Shown piece after piece: positions 24,289 to 36,093 of a DNA stretch of 64,000 nucleotides (the first letter of the stretch is position 1; each line of letters starts with the position of its first letter). The translations under genes were made by a program, and so were the position numbers. The notes below the pieces were generated by a model, which saw only the letters and a program-made list of their open reading frames with translations, was not told the DNA's origin and ran no database searches. The DNA is from Trichosphaerium sp. ATCC 40318. Lineage: Eukaryota > Protista > Tubulinea. The stretch covers positions 434,001-498,000 of the forward strand of contig JALMLS010000579.1 of the NCBI GenBank assembly GCA_038496445.1. The letters are read 5' to 3'.

Positions 24289-25446
24289 ATGAAGACATTG
24301 TCAACGCTTTCTATTGCTTTAGCGCTCTTTGTGTGCTCTATTGTTGCCAACCCCTACTGGCTTCCAACAAATGGCTCCACTACTCCTACGCACATAAGAG
24401 GAGTTAGGCGCTATGGTAGCCTCACGCCGCAATACTATACGTGGATTGTGCAACCAACTGATAAAATCCTTCGATTCAGCTACACGCCAAACCAAGACCG
24501 CTTAGTGCTTTTTATTAAACCAGGTCAAAAATGGATGATAGCGCAGTTTACGAGCAACTTTATCTCTCCAAACGGTGAGTGGCTCATTATAGGCCTTGGA
24601 AGTGGTGCAATAAGCACATCATGGACGACTCAGGCCAATGACCAAGTCGTTGCGGGAAGATTCGTTGCCACAAATCAACAACAACTCTTGATTTCGAATC
24701 CTGATGGACGATACACCCTCCTGTGGCCTGTACTCACATTCCAAGGCGGGTTTAGTACAATGATATTCCATCCTGTCCACTTCGCATCGAACGCAGCTGT
24801 AACTGCCGCCGACACGCTTCTTGTAGGCGATTTTGCCAATGTCGGAAAAGACTACGTTGTTCTTATCAAACCGTCCTTCGGATACTACGTAATGACGTTT
24901 GATACCAACCTTCAATGGCAGATCCTATCAACAACAGCTGGACCTATTCACTGGTGGAACATCAACGCGAATGATAAATATGTTGTAGGCAACTTCCATG
25001 TTCCTTCCCAGACAGATGTCACTCCAGAGCTCCTAGCCGTTAATCCAAACGGATTTCACCATGTCATGACTTTTAATGCTAATACAAACAAGTTTACTTT
25101 TCTCTCAGGTGGAGGTAACGGTAAAATTGGGACTTGGACTATCGGACCAAACAATCGTTTCCTTGCTGGACAGTACTTGGGTAATCAGATTTATAGCAGG
25201 GATTTTCTGCTTGCGATTGATCCGAGTGGCGATTCTCATACCTTGGGTTACTCTGTAGGTAACTGGATTCATGCTGACGAGAATTACAATGACGGAAAGA
25301 TAGCAGGATGGCAGATAAATCCTAATCCTAACAGGGATTTTTATATTACCATGGAGTTCAAACAAGCACCTTATCAACATGACCGAGTATTAGCACTCAA
25401 TACTCAAGGATCGTGGAAGTATATGAGAGCAACATGGGCTACATAG
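24289..25446 (+). CDS. Secreted FG-GAP/VCBS-like repeat (beta-propeller) protein, intronless
   Basis: Signal peptide MKTLSTLSIALALFVCSIVA; repeats DQVVAGRF, DTLLVGDFANVGKDYVV, DKYVVGNF, NRFLAGQY, GKIGTW/GKIAGW; ORF is more GC-rich than its flanks. Confidence 0.75.
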   Translation: MKTLSTLSIALALFVCSIVANPYWLPTNGSTTPTHIRGVRRYGSLTPQYYTWIVQPTDKILRFSYTPNQDRLVLFIKPGQKWMIAQFTSNFISPNGEWLIIGLGSGAISTSWTTQANDQVVAGRFVATNQQQLLISNPDGRYTLLWPVLTFQGGFSTMIFHPVHFASNAAVTAADTLLVGDFANVGKDYVVLIKPSFGYYVMTFDTNLQWQILSTTAGPIHWWNINANDKYVVGNFHVPSQTDVTPELLAVNPNGFHHVMTFNANTNKFTFLSGGGNGKIGTWTIGPNNRFLAGQYLGNQIYSRDFLLAIDPSGDSHTLGYSVGNWIHADENYNDGKIAGWQINPNPNRDFYITMEFKQAPYQHDRVLALNTQGSWKYMRATWAT

Positions 25447-25602
25447 GTAGTAAAAAGAAAGTCGCAATAAAATAGTTCTCTTATGAGTTGTCGTTGTTGT
25501 TTACAGTTTTGGTTGAGCGAAATTGCAAATAGATTCTAAGTGTTCTCACGTGGTCTAGTTAAGCTTTGTTTTGCCATTGTTTCCTGTGTAAGCGCAAGCA
25601 GA

Positions 25603-27015
25603 ATGGAGAGGGTCTTTAAACAGTGCTCCAAATGCGCAAAGCCACAAGATACGCTTAAACGATGTACTGCTTGTTATTGTGTTGCCTATTGTAATGCTGC
25701 ATGCCAAAAATCCCATTGGTGCGCTCTTTAGCTAAATTACTACAATCACGCTAGATATTTTGGTAAAATAAGTCTAAAAACGTACCTGACGCTAATATAG
25801 GGCGGACCATAAAGCTTCATGTGCTATTGTTCATAGTCCAATCAAATTCGTGTCAAGATTCAGTACAATGTCTGAAACACAGATAAATACATGGCTCAAT
25901 AACCGTATGGCGTTCCTGGCAGTAAAGGTACGATTTATTACGCGATTATGTTTAAAGAGCTAAAAACGCGCTAGAGCTCTCGCAGTGAGCGTCAAAACGC
26001 TAAAAAAATTCGTGCAGAACCTCCAGAAGGAGATAACGGTAAAAAATAGCAAACTCAACATTTTTTTTTGTTTCGTTGAAATCATCCTCACAGTCGTTTA
26101 GAAAAGTACCAAGGACCACGTAGAGACCCTCTAAAGAAGCGCGAAAAAGAATATAAGCCACGTGTTGCCTTTTTAAAGGTACAACACTGGCCTCAATTCG
26201 TCAGATTTTAATTTAATTAAATTTACTGTCTATTTAGAAGCTTGGTGATACACCTAAGTTGCCTGGCTCAACTGAGTCTTATAAGGCAGATGACATCCCA
26301 GATTTAATAGATATGGTATTTGATCAAGAGTGTTGGACTTCTCCACCACCTCTCAATGACGCACCTTTTTGGGTAAGTGCTTGCACCGTTTTAGCAAATA
26401 ACGTTAATGATTTTTTTTTCAGGCTATGAGCATCTTTGACAATGGTCCACATCTCCGCTCTGCTGTAATACCCCACCTACCCCAGCTATTCCGTGTCTGT
26501 GATATAAACTCTCCTCTTATTGATCCGTTTAAAGTGTTTCGTAAGCTTTGGCATCTGACTTTTCCTAAAAGGTACGTTGTGAACATCTTATGAACTTTTT
26601 AATCTTTCACTCTCCTTTCTGTACTCAACCTATTTTTACCAAAAGTTTTCACGTTGCTTTCCAATATATAAGTGATCCTGGGAACCAACACGGATTCCCT
26701 TACGCTCTTCGTATAATGGTAGACATGGTCAAAAATTCGAAAGGATTGAAGGCGCTTCTTATCGGCATTTTGGCTGATCACATAGCAAGAGCGTGGGAAT
26801 ACAGTCCAGCGCATGTAACAGATGTTATAAGACATCTCATCGCAGTACGTTTGAAGAGTAATTTTATATTACAGTTTCTTACTTTTACTCAGATGGAAGC
26901 GTCATCTACAGAGCATTTGATTCGTAAAGCTTATAATTTGAATGCTGTTAATGATAAAGCACATGGTGGAGTAGAAGACGCTGTTAGTAAACTTCTCAAC
27001 TGCAATAAAGCTTGA
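25603..27015 (+). CDS. MYND zinc-finger protein, multi-exon
   Basis: CSKCAKPQDTLKRCTACYCVAYCNAACQKSHW(A)DHKASC after splicing. Confidence 0.8.
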
Positions 27016-27399
27016 CACCTTCTTGTTCTAAACAGCCTTGAAGCCAGCTTTTAAACAAAAACAGTTATCGTTTCCGCTATATTCAGTATCACAACTCCTT
27101 CAACGTAGCTATTAGACGGGGTTATTATTTCAGCCTTTAGCGGGCGTCGTGGAATTAAGTGTAAATTCTAAAAGGTACGAAAAGTGTTCTAGTTTGGGTA
27201 GTTTTTGTTCACAGAAGTCGCGCTTTACAAGTTAGTTTATCGGTTTATTTACACAAAACCACTCCGTGTGGATTAATTACAATGTTGGTAGGTCTATTAC
27301 TTCTTTAGGCCTTTTAAATAAAAATTGTTGTTCCGTCATGGAAAAACAGTGCACGTGCTTAATCAGCGATGACTCTATTTTTGGGTACTTTCTTCTTTT

Positions 27400-27813
27400 T
27401 CAGTAGTTTAAGGACGACAAATATGCGTTATATAACTTCCTTGATACCTCTGGAAACAGTGATATACACGGCATAGGACCCTCTGTTAGTATTACATCGA
27501 AAGAAGCTTTGACTTTTTCTTCAGTTACACCAGCAAACTCCCAAGCTCCTTCTTCGTTCAACTCTTCAGAAACAAGGTGTTCGTACAGCATGAACTTTAA
27601 TAGAGTCTCCACGTGATGAAAGGGATCGCCAAGCATCTTCCAAGCTGGTGTCTTTGACTTGCTTACAATGCGAATAAATATACGATATTCAGGTTTTGAT
27701 GATATCCTCATAGGTGTTTGTATTTTTGAGTGCTTTTCTTTTGATTCGGAGCATCTCAAGCTCTTTGAACTTCTTACTTTGCGTAAATATTTGCGGACGA
27801 GCCTCTTGAACAT
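27400..27813 (-). CDS. Hypothetical 137-aa protein, intronless
   Basis: Clean ATG-to-stop ORF with protein-like composition; no family recognised. Confidence 0.5.
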   Translation of the reverse strand: MFKRLVRKYLRKVRSSKSLRCSESKEKHSKIQTPMRISSKPEYRIFIRIVSKSKTPAWKMLGDPFHHVETLLKFMLYEHLVSEELNEEGAWEFAGVTEEKVKASFDVILTEGPMPCISLFPEVSRKLYNAYLSSLNY

Positions 27814-28330
27814 TGTAGTTGTTTTGGTTATAATATAATAGACGTTCCGCTTTCCTTTCGTTATGTACGTAGTACTACCATGAAGTATGTCAATAACGAC
27901 AAGCGTACTTCATCAAAATTAGATTTTGATAGTCAAAATCAGGTATAGCGCAATAACTACACTTCCAACTAATCTCCGTGTTACCAGTGGCGTGTATATT
28001 ACAGAGGTTAATTAGTAGCTGATTTGTTGGTACTTCCTTTACTCCTGTTGTACGAAATTCCTAACAAGTAGCGTATGTTCCAAATATTGATAAAGTAGTG
28101 TTCTCAAAAATAGTTTAAACACGTGATCAGTAATCCGCTTTTATACAACAAAATGTCGCTTCAAGGACTTTTAACAGTTTAAAACTGCATAACGAACACT
28201 GTGTACAACATGAATATTCTAAAGAGCGCTTGTTAGTACTACTTGGAAGATGGCTTCTGGCGATGAACGTTTTAAGTTGATTTGAATAGTTTTTGACTTG
28301 TTAGTCGTAATTCAAGTCTGTGAGGTGAAG

Positions 28331-31300
28331 ATGTCGCTCAACAAATGGAATGACAGCGATGCGGAGGAGTATACAAAAACTTTCAGCAATGTTCACCCTG
28401 ATATTGCCCTACGGTGTTACACAAGCAACCTTATTGGTAGAAATAGCGAGTACGTTACGTTTTATGTATATTGCGATGGTTGACGCTTTATGCCACTTGT
28501 TAATTGTAAGAATAGTCTTGTAATGCATGGTGGCGGCAATACATCCGTAAAATTGACTATTACAAACAAAGTAGGCGAAAGCGTTGAAGTACGTCTAATA
28601 TCAATAAAAACGCATCTAATCGCCTACACTACGAAGGTTATTGCTGTTAAAGGGTCAGGATGGAACTTGGATACAATAAAACCACCAGGATTCCCACTTG
28701 TAGATTTGACACACTGTCGTAAACTAAGGTACGTCACGTCGAACTTACTAAGCTAATTAAACGCCTAATTGAGGCATACTCGCTTTTTCTGATTGATGTT
28801 CGTTTTAGAAACCTTGACGCGTTGTCAGACGAGGACATGGTGAATCAACTTCGCACCCACATGTTGGATCATAAATCACCAAATCCGTAAGTTGAGGAAA
28901 ACATGCCAATAGATTTTTCCTCACCTTTCCAATAGTTCTGTCGAAACCCTGTTACATGCCTTCCTACCCCATAAATTTGTTGACCATTCACATGCTGATG
29001 CTATATTGGCACTGGCAGATCAGAAAGATGATTCTTTAGTACGAAAGGTAAGCGACATAAACTCTGTTATTTTTGTCCTTTTGTATTAATATATGCTTAG
29101 GTTTTCGGGAAGGAATTTGGCATAGTACCATACATCATGCCTGGTTTTGCGTTGTCCAAAAAAGCATATGAAGTGTACATGCAAGATACGAGTGTTAAGG
29201 GTAATACCTTTAATATCACGTGATGTTAAGGTACAAATAACTAATTTTTCTATTTTTAGGCTTGGTTTTAATGCGCCATGGTTTGTTTACTTTTGGAAGC
29301 ACTGCCAAGGAATCATATGATGAACACATCGCTGCTGTTGAAAAGGCAATGGCTTACATCAAAACGCAAAAACCAATACAACTTACAGCTCTTCCTAACG
29401 TCAAAATACCGCAATACAGCCTTGTAGCCCCTGTACGTACCAAGTATTTAAACATGCTCTTTTTTTGTTTATTTTCTGTAGTTGCTTCGTGGTATCTTGT
29501 ATGGAATATCAGGCAATACATGGGTTTTAACACGTACAGATTCTGAAGAAATATCGGCTTTTGTGAATTCAGAGCAAGCCAAGATGTGGTCTCAAAGAGG
29601 CACAATGACACCAGATCATGTCATTCGTACAAAGGTAGTTGCTATAATCTGTTACCGAACTTTACATGTAACATGTGCTTAGGCTCTTCCTCTACTTCTT
29701 AATGATTGGCCAACTGATGTTGAATCTCCAAGTGTACTTGCTAAGTACCTCAATGACAAAATCGTGGAGTACACAAACAATTATCATGCGTACTTTCAAA
29801 AGCATAATGATATGTATGTTCTGCTTTTGCTGTTGTTTTTTTACTAACTGTAACCAAGATCTTCTGTAAAGAAAAAAGAACTTGACAACCTACCACGTGT
29901 TGTATTGATGAGAGGTATTGGACTTGTAACACTTGGTAAAAAGGTACTCTACCTTTAATTCTGTTTAAAAGTTAATATTGCTTTGTACAGGTTGTTGAAA
30001 CTCACGTGTCACGTGATATATACTGTCACACAATAACGACTATTCAAAAAGCTATGAGTGTAGGAGATTATACTCCTTGCTCAATGAGTGACCTCTGGGA
30101 TATGGAGTACTGTACTGCTGAATGAGAAAGTCAATATTGAAACCTAATGGCATGTGTTTAGGGACACTAGAGCAAGCAAAACTAGGCCGTGCAAAACCTC
30201 GAACTTTTGAAGGGAAGGTTACAGTTGTCACTGGAGCAGCATCAGGCATAGGTAGACATGTAGCAGAGGTATTTATATATCATGTTCATAGTAACGAAAT
30301 AATGCTAATACAACAACTTAGTCTTTCGCAAAAGCTGGCAGCAACTTGTTTCTAATGGATGTCGATAATGCCAAACTTACCGAAACTAAAAAAGCCATTG
30401 ATAGCACGTGCATAAAAGGTAGTTCTATATTAACGAATAACTAGGTTTGTCGCTAAAGATTGGCGTTGCTACAGCAACAGTCGATATTACCAGCGAAGTT
30501 GATGTACATAAAGCAATACAGCAATGTGCTGAGACGTTCGGAGGGTATGTATAGGACTTCATGCCATAATATTCGACTGCTAACACACTGTAAGTGTTGA
30601 TTACGTTATTAATAATGCTGGAAAAGCTATTCAAGGCGAGCGTATAGGTGAAGCTAGTGGTCTAGGATCTAGTATGAATATCAATTTTTTTGGACACCAT
30701 TACACCTCAAAGAGCGTAGTATCACTTCTTTTATTACAAAACACAGGTTCCAGACGTACGTAATAGTCTACAAAACGTAACGATAGTTTGTGAGCCTGAT
30801 GTTATTCATAGAAGAAGCCTCTACCAGCACAACACCGATGGGTGGTTGTCTTTTGTTTAACATTTCTAAAGCAGCTGTAAATCCAGGTTACTTGTTTGGT
30901 CCTTATGGTAAGTAAAAGAAGGCTATTTGATATAATAACACAGTTATAGCAGTAGCAAAAGCTGCTACTCTAGCGTTAATGAAGCAATACGCTGTAGACT
31001 ATGGAAAGGTACTTTATTTTTTTTTGGTGACCTTTTTTACTTGTATTGACTTTCGATTTATAGGATAATATCCGTGCTAATGCTGTTAATCCTGATCGTA
31101 TAAGAACGAATTTATTCACTCCTGAACTTGTTAGTTCAAGAGCAAAAGCAAGGGGAGTTACAGAAGATGAGTACTTCAAATGTAATCTGTTAAAACAAGA
31201 GGTAACATTTGGTGTTTTTATTTTTTGTTTTGTTTTTTAATTTTTTTCTCTACAATTAGGTAACTGTTGAAGATGTTTCAAAAGCGTTTATTGCTATGGC

Positions 31301-31370
31301 GCTTTCTTATAAAACATCTGGTTGTATGATAACAGTTGATGGAGGAAATATTTCTGCTGCACCAAGGTAG
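28331..31370 (+). CDS. Bifunctional class II (rhamnulose-1-phosphate-type) aldolase / short-chain dehydrogenase, bacterial YuxG/RhaEW type, about 20 introns
   Basis: LVMHGGGNTSVK, VKGSGWNL, PSVETLLHAFLPHKFVDHSHADA, LMRHGLFTFG, TPDHVIRTK, EYWTLEQAKL, VTGAASGIG, NNAG, YAVAK (YxxxK), IRANAVNPD; ends DGGNISAAPR*. Confidence 0.92.
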
Positions 31371-31425
31371 ATGCGACAAATAAATCACGTGATCACTTCC
31401 AAAAACTTGCCTTTTTTTTTTTATC

Positions 31426-32235
31426 TCACCTTGTAATTCCTGGATTCAGCCAAACTATACCCAATTCTTCAACAGCCTCTTTTGTTACCCTGGTGCCGAG
31501 TATAGATTTAAGAGAAGTCAAATACGGCAAGCAATCATTTGTTATGTTGGGACAACGTTTGAGTTCTAGACGTTCAAGATTTGTCAAGTTCTTAAAACCT
31601 GAGTTTGTGTAAAGACCTGCAAAAATTCTCAAATCTTTGACATTTGTCAATTTTCTGAGTTTTTCATCTGATCTTCCTCCATAAATACAAACTGTATGAA
31701 CATCACTGAGATGGTCAAGCCAACCTGATTTTGGAAAAGATATTGTAATATTATGAACATCCCTAAGAGCTTTTACTCCCTCTAACTCTAAATTCGGACA
31801 CCCTCTAATGTTAATGGTGTGTACAGACTTAAGAGCTTTCAAAGACTCATCAGAAATATATGTATAAGCCAATGAAATACTATGAATGCTGTGTTTTTCT
31901 CCACTTCTTAATAAAGCAAGAATTTGCTTGTCGCCAACATTTGTACCTTCTAGGTCTATATTGCGAACTCCAGACAAGCAAGAAATATGTACCTCTGATA
32001 AGGCTATAACCTTGCATTTTATCTGAGTGTTTTTAAGCAACGGACTGCCTTTGAGAATACGACATTCGGAACCTTTTGTTACTTTGAGGGAAACAAAGCC
32101 GACATTGTAACGAATGATGTTATTGAACAGATGAGAGACTGTAGAAGCAGTAAATCGATGTGTTCTGCTTAAATTACTTAGTATTTGTGTTAATGTCTCT
32201 GGTGGAAACTGTTCAATCGATAGACGTCGTTTCAT
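31426..32235 (-). CDS. F-box/LRR protein, intronless
   Basis: IEQFPPETLTQILSNL...STVSHLF (F-box); repeats LKSVHTINIRGC, LRDVHNI, LSDVHTV, LTNLERLELKRCPNIT. Confidence 0.85.
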   Translation of the reverse strand: MKRRLSIEQFPPETLTQILSNLSRTHRFTASTVSHLFNNIIRYNVGFVSLKVTKGSECRILKGSPLLKNTQIKCKVIALSEVHISCLSGVRNIDLEGTNVGDKQILALLRSGEKHSIHSISLAYTYISDESLKALKSVHTINIRGCPNLELEGVKALRDVHNITISFPKSGWLDHLSDVHTVCIYGGRSDEKLRKLTNVKDLRIFAGLYTNSGFKNLTNLERLELKRCPNITNDCLPYLTSLKSILGTRVTKEAVEELGIVWLNPGITR

Positions 32236-33809
32236 ACTGTATTGTATCGATTGGGTAACGTCTACAATGTTCAGAAGCCACTTCCGTTTGTCAAAAAGTA
32301 TTTTAATGTTGACGTCGGTTTACTTTACTACGAACGAAAATAACGTTTTGTTACAAGGACAACCAGATAAGTATCTAGCACTTTAAGTCACAAAATGGGT
32401 TCCTCAACTTAGTATGCAGTTCATTTCTTGTCACTTCAATAGCAGCTCTTTCTCAACTGTCTAGACCAAACCCTAAAAGCTCCATAAAACCACAACCACT
32501 TGTTTGAGCAGTAGTGGAATGAAGTGCTCGCGCTACAATACCCTAATATTATGTGCCATATTATCAATCAGGTTTGATTCCTGCTTGGAGCTCCTGGGTA
32601 GGTCTGGTTCTTTAGGAGTAATGGTTTCTGTTGGAGGCATAATATTTTCCACCAGAATAACACTAAAAATCCACTCAAGTGGATTTTGGTACCTAGCACA
32701 TATTAACCTGTGCTGCCACACCCACCAATGGATGACATTTTGTGAGCGAAGGTCGGGTTCTTGTCCCGAGCAAAGTGACGGGCCCGACTGTAAGCGAACA
32801 GTGCTCTATATTAGCTTGCATTCGCTGTCCCATACTCGAATAGTGTAAAACCAAAACTGGGAATACAAATAATCCACTTGAGTGGATTTTGGCCCATATT
32901 TTGTGGAAAATGTGTCGTCTGCGTTTCTGTTGGCAATTAATGTACAGACAAATAAAATCAACAAATCAACAATCAAAAACAAATGGAATATTGTCTGTTT
33001 CATTCAAGTTTTGAGACAGACTGACTTTTAGCATAAAAAATCCAGTTTCTGCCTGATCTGTCAGATCTGACGGATTTGACACTTCTGACAGATCTTGCAA
33101 ATTGTCATTTTTTAAATGTGATCTACCCTCACGCCTGTCCAGTGACTCCAACCGTTTCAAACCCACGTGATTTAACAAACCCCAGAGCAAACTTTTTTAT
33201 TTACATATTTGACGCCTAGCGGCGTTTACAAAGCCTACAGCAACGCTGGTGGTGTTTTGGGGCGGTTTTGACGTTGTTACTCCTTCATTGCTGCTTGGAT
33301 GATACCATAGCGCTTCTGTTAGCGTGGGGTAGGCGCTAGCGTAGCGCTAGTAAGTTATACACGTACGTTGATTTTTTGAAGCAAAACATACAGCAAACAG
33401 TGTTTGAGGCATTCATACTGTGTTTGGCGGTAATGCGATAGCTTTGTAGGACATCATACCTTTTTAATTCGCTTTTAGCGCATTGAACACCTCTGTGGCT
33501 TGATCGTACCGTGTACAGTTGGCGTAGGTAAAATACTGCGATCATCTTCCATGGTCTGTTGAAACTTACATTGAAAATTTTGCCATCGCTTACTTAAGGC
33601 ATACAATGAAGGACAACATTGTAACACAAATAGTTCACATTGTGATAGATCTACACCATTTGACAGAAGTGTCAGATCTTGCTAGATCTGCTAAAAGTGC
33701 TAAAAACTCACTTTCTAGAAAATATTAGTAAAACTTGAATGAAACATACAATAGTTTATTTATTGATTATCGATGATATTGAAACCCTTTAGTTTAGTTC
33801 TAAAATACT

Positions 33810-35886
33810 TTATGTTTCATTCTTTTTAACAAGTTCATAAGGTTCCCCATCATTGAAGTACCCATACATCATAGAATTACTGTCTTCATCCCATACCATA
33901 CACGCTCCTTGAAGTACTCCATTTACAAATTGATGTAGCTGTTGTAGTTGTCTATTTTCATACCAACTTTTGCTTACGCCATGCTCTTTACCATCAACCC
34001 AATTAGATTGGTCCTTAAGTGTACCATTCTCATACCAACTTTTTCTTTCACCGTGCTGTTTACCATCAACCCAATTAGACTGTTCTTGAAGCTTTCCACT
34101 CTCATACCAACTTTTGCTTTCACCATGCTCTTTACCATCAACCCAATTAGACTGGTGCTCAAGTACTCCATTCTCATGCCATGTCTTTCTTTCACCTTCC
34201 AGCATATTATCTTTGTAGTTTGTTGTAAAACACAATTTTCCATTTTCAAACCAATGTGTAGCTGTCCCAGTAAGTTTACCATTAAGATGAAATGCATGTA
34301 GTTTCAATTGTCCATTTTCATACCACTTTTTGCTTTCGCCATGATTTTTACCATCAACCCAATTAGAATGGCCCTGAAGTGTACCATCGTCATACCAACT
34401 TTTGCTTTCACCGTGCTCTTTACCATCAGCCCAATTAGACTGGTCTTGAAGTATTCCATTCTCATACCAACATTTACTTTCTCCATGTTGTTTACCATCA
34501 ACCCAATTAAATTGGCCCTGAAGTGCTCCATTCTCATACCAACATTTACTTTCGCCATGCTGTTTACCAACAACCAAATTAGCTTGGCTCTCAAGTGTAC
34601 CATCATCATACCAACATTTACTTTCACCATGCTGTTTACCATCAACCCAATTAGACTGTTCCTTTAGTATTCCATTCTTATACCACCTTTTTGCTTCTCC
34701 TTCTTGCTTACCTTTCTTGTAATGAGATTGTTCTCTCAACTCCCCACTGTCATACCACTCTTTACCCTCTCCATCAAGTTCACCGTTACAAAAATAACAT
34801 TGTCGGATCAATTGGCCTGTAGTGTTCCATTCAATGAACTTTCCATGCAACTTGTCATTGACATAAAAAGACTTACTTTCCATTTGTCCATTTGCATACC
34901 ATTTTGTTGACTCTCCTTCTAGTTTGCCATCAGCATGAGTAGACAGATCTTGCAGTTGTCCATTGTCATGCCATGATTTGATTATCGATCGTTCGTTACT
35001 ACTAGAAATCTGCATTCGCAACTGTCCGTTATCATGCCACTGCTTGAAATCACCTACAAGCAAACCATTACTAAACACACCCTTTCCATCAATCGATCCA
35101 TTTTCTTTCCAAGAAATGTGCTCTCCATGTCGTTTACCATCAACAAAATTAATAATTTCTTTCAGTTGGCCGTTTTTGTGCCACACCTTGTAAACTCCTT
35201 CTTTTTTACCATTGATATTATGACAGAGTGTGTTCAATTGTCCGTTGTCATACCAATGTTTTTCCTCTCCGTTTAGCTTATTGTTTTCGAAATTTTTTTC
35301 CACAGTTAAGTTACCATTTTCGCTCCATACCTTATATAACCCTTCGACTTTTCCATTTACGCACGTGAAAGCTGCACAAAGTTTTCCATTTTTATGAAAG
35401 TTCTTTTGATCTCCTTCTCGCTTTCCTTTGACAAACTGACGTAGATTTTTTAGTTCTCCATTGTCGTACCACATCTTGGACTCCCCGTCAATCGAACCCT
35501 TATGGTAGTAGCACTGTTTCTCCATATTACCGCCTTTGTAGAATTTCTTGAAAATTCCTTGACCTTTACCATTTTCCCAATGTGCAATACACGTGATTTG
35601 TCGCCTTGAAGTCTCTTCGAAGAATTTTTGTTTTATCCATTTTCCGTGTTTTCTCAGTCTTTCATCAAACCTTGTAGCTGTTGCCGTTTGTTTAGATAGG
35701 AGCGGCCATTTGTTATACACCTCTTCTAGGTCTAGTTCCGCTATTTCATATTGTAAATCGCCAGGAAGGCTTAAAAGGCTTGCTTTGGGTCTATGGTGTT
35801 CAGAATCCGCGGTGTGTTGCTGTGTTTAGCGTGTTAGCGAATGTTTGTTCATGTTACAATTGGACTACCTCGCGTTTGGATTCCAT
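33810..35886 (-). CDS. F-box-like + MORN-variant (MORN_2/YwqK-type) repeat protein; one short 5' intron
   Basis: Exon 1 MESKRE (ATG 35886), ~49-nt GTAGT...CTAAC...CAG intron, then LLSLPGDLQYEI (F-box-like) and more than 20 repeats of the 24-aa pattern GxxxxWYxNGxL. Confidence 0.88.
33950..34700 (-). repeat. 72-nt near-identical coding tandem repeats within the MORN gene
   Basis: CCATCAACCCAATTAGACTG-like core recurs at about 33991, 34063, 34135, 34351, 34423, 34495, 34567 and 34639. Confidence 0.9.
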
Positions 35887-36093
35887 ACTGATGAATGCAA
35901 GAAATAAAAGGTTTCCAACGATGCGAAATTGTAAAGTGCTTTTCAAAGTTTGTCACGTGTCATGAGCGTATCTGCGACTAGTGTTGACCAGTTTTCTTCA
36001 ACTTTTCGTCACATGGAAAGAGGTTTTCCAGCTAAGGCTTGTGCTGTACTATGTAACGCGAAGCGTGCGCGACTAAAGTAAAACACAGTCCAA

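Noticed and set aside
32533-33003. Two in-frame minus-strand ORFs separated by one TAG
   Set aside because: No recognisable domain, and the TAG lies in an acceptor-like CTAATATAG context; cannot distinguish gene from chance.
33950-34700. CRISPR-like or DGR-like array
   Set aside because: The repeats are in-frame 72-nt coding units without unique spacers; no cas or reverse transcriptase gene is present.
33948-35276. Overlapping ORFs on the opposite strand and in alternative frames of the MORN gene (also 41239-41725)
   Set aside because: Shadow ORFs produced by the repetitive coding sequence.
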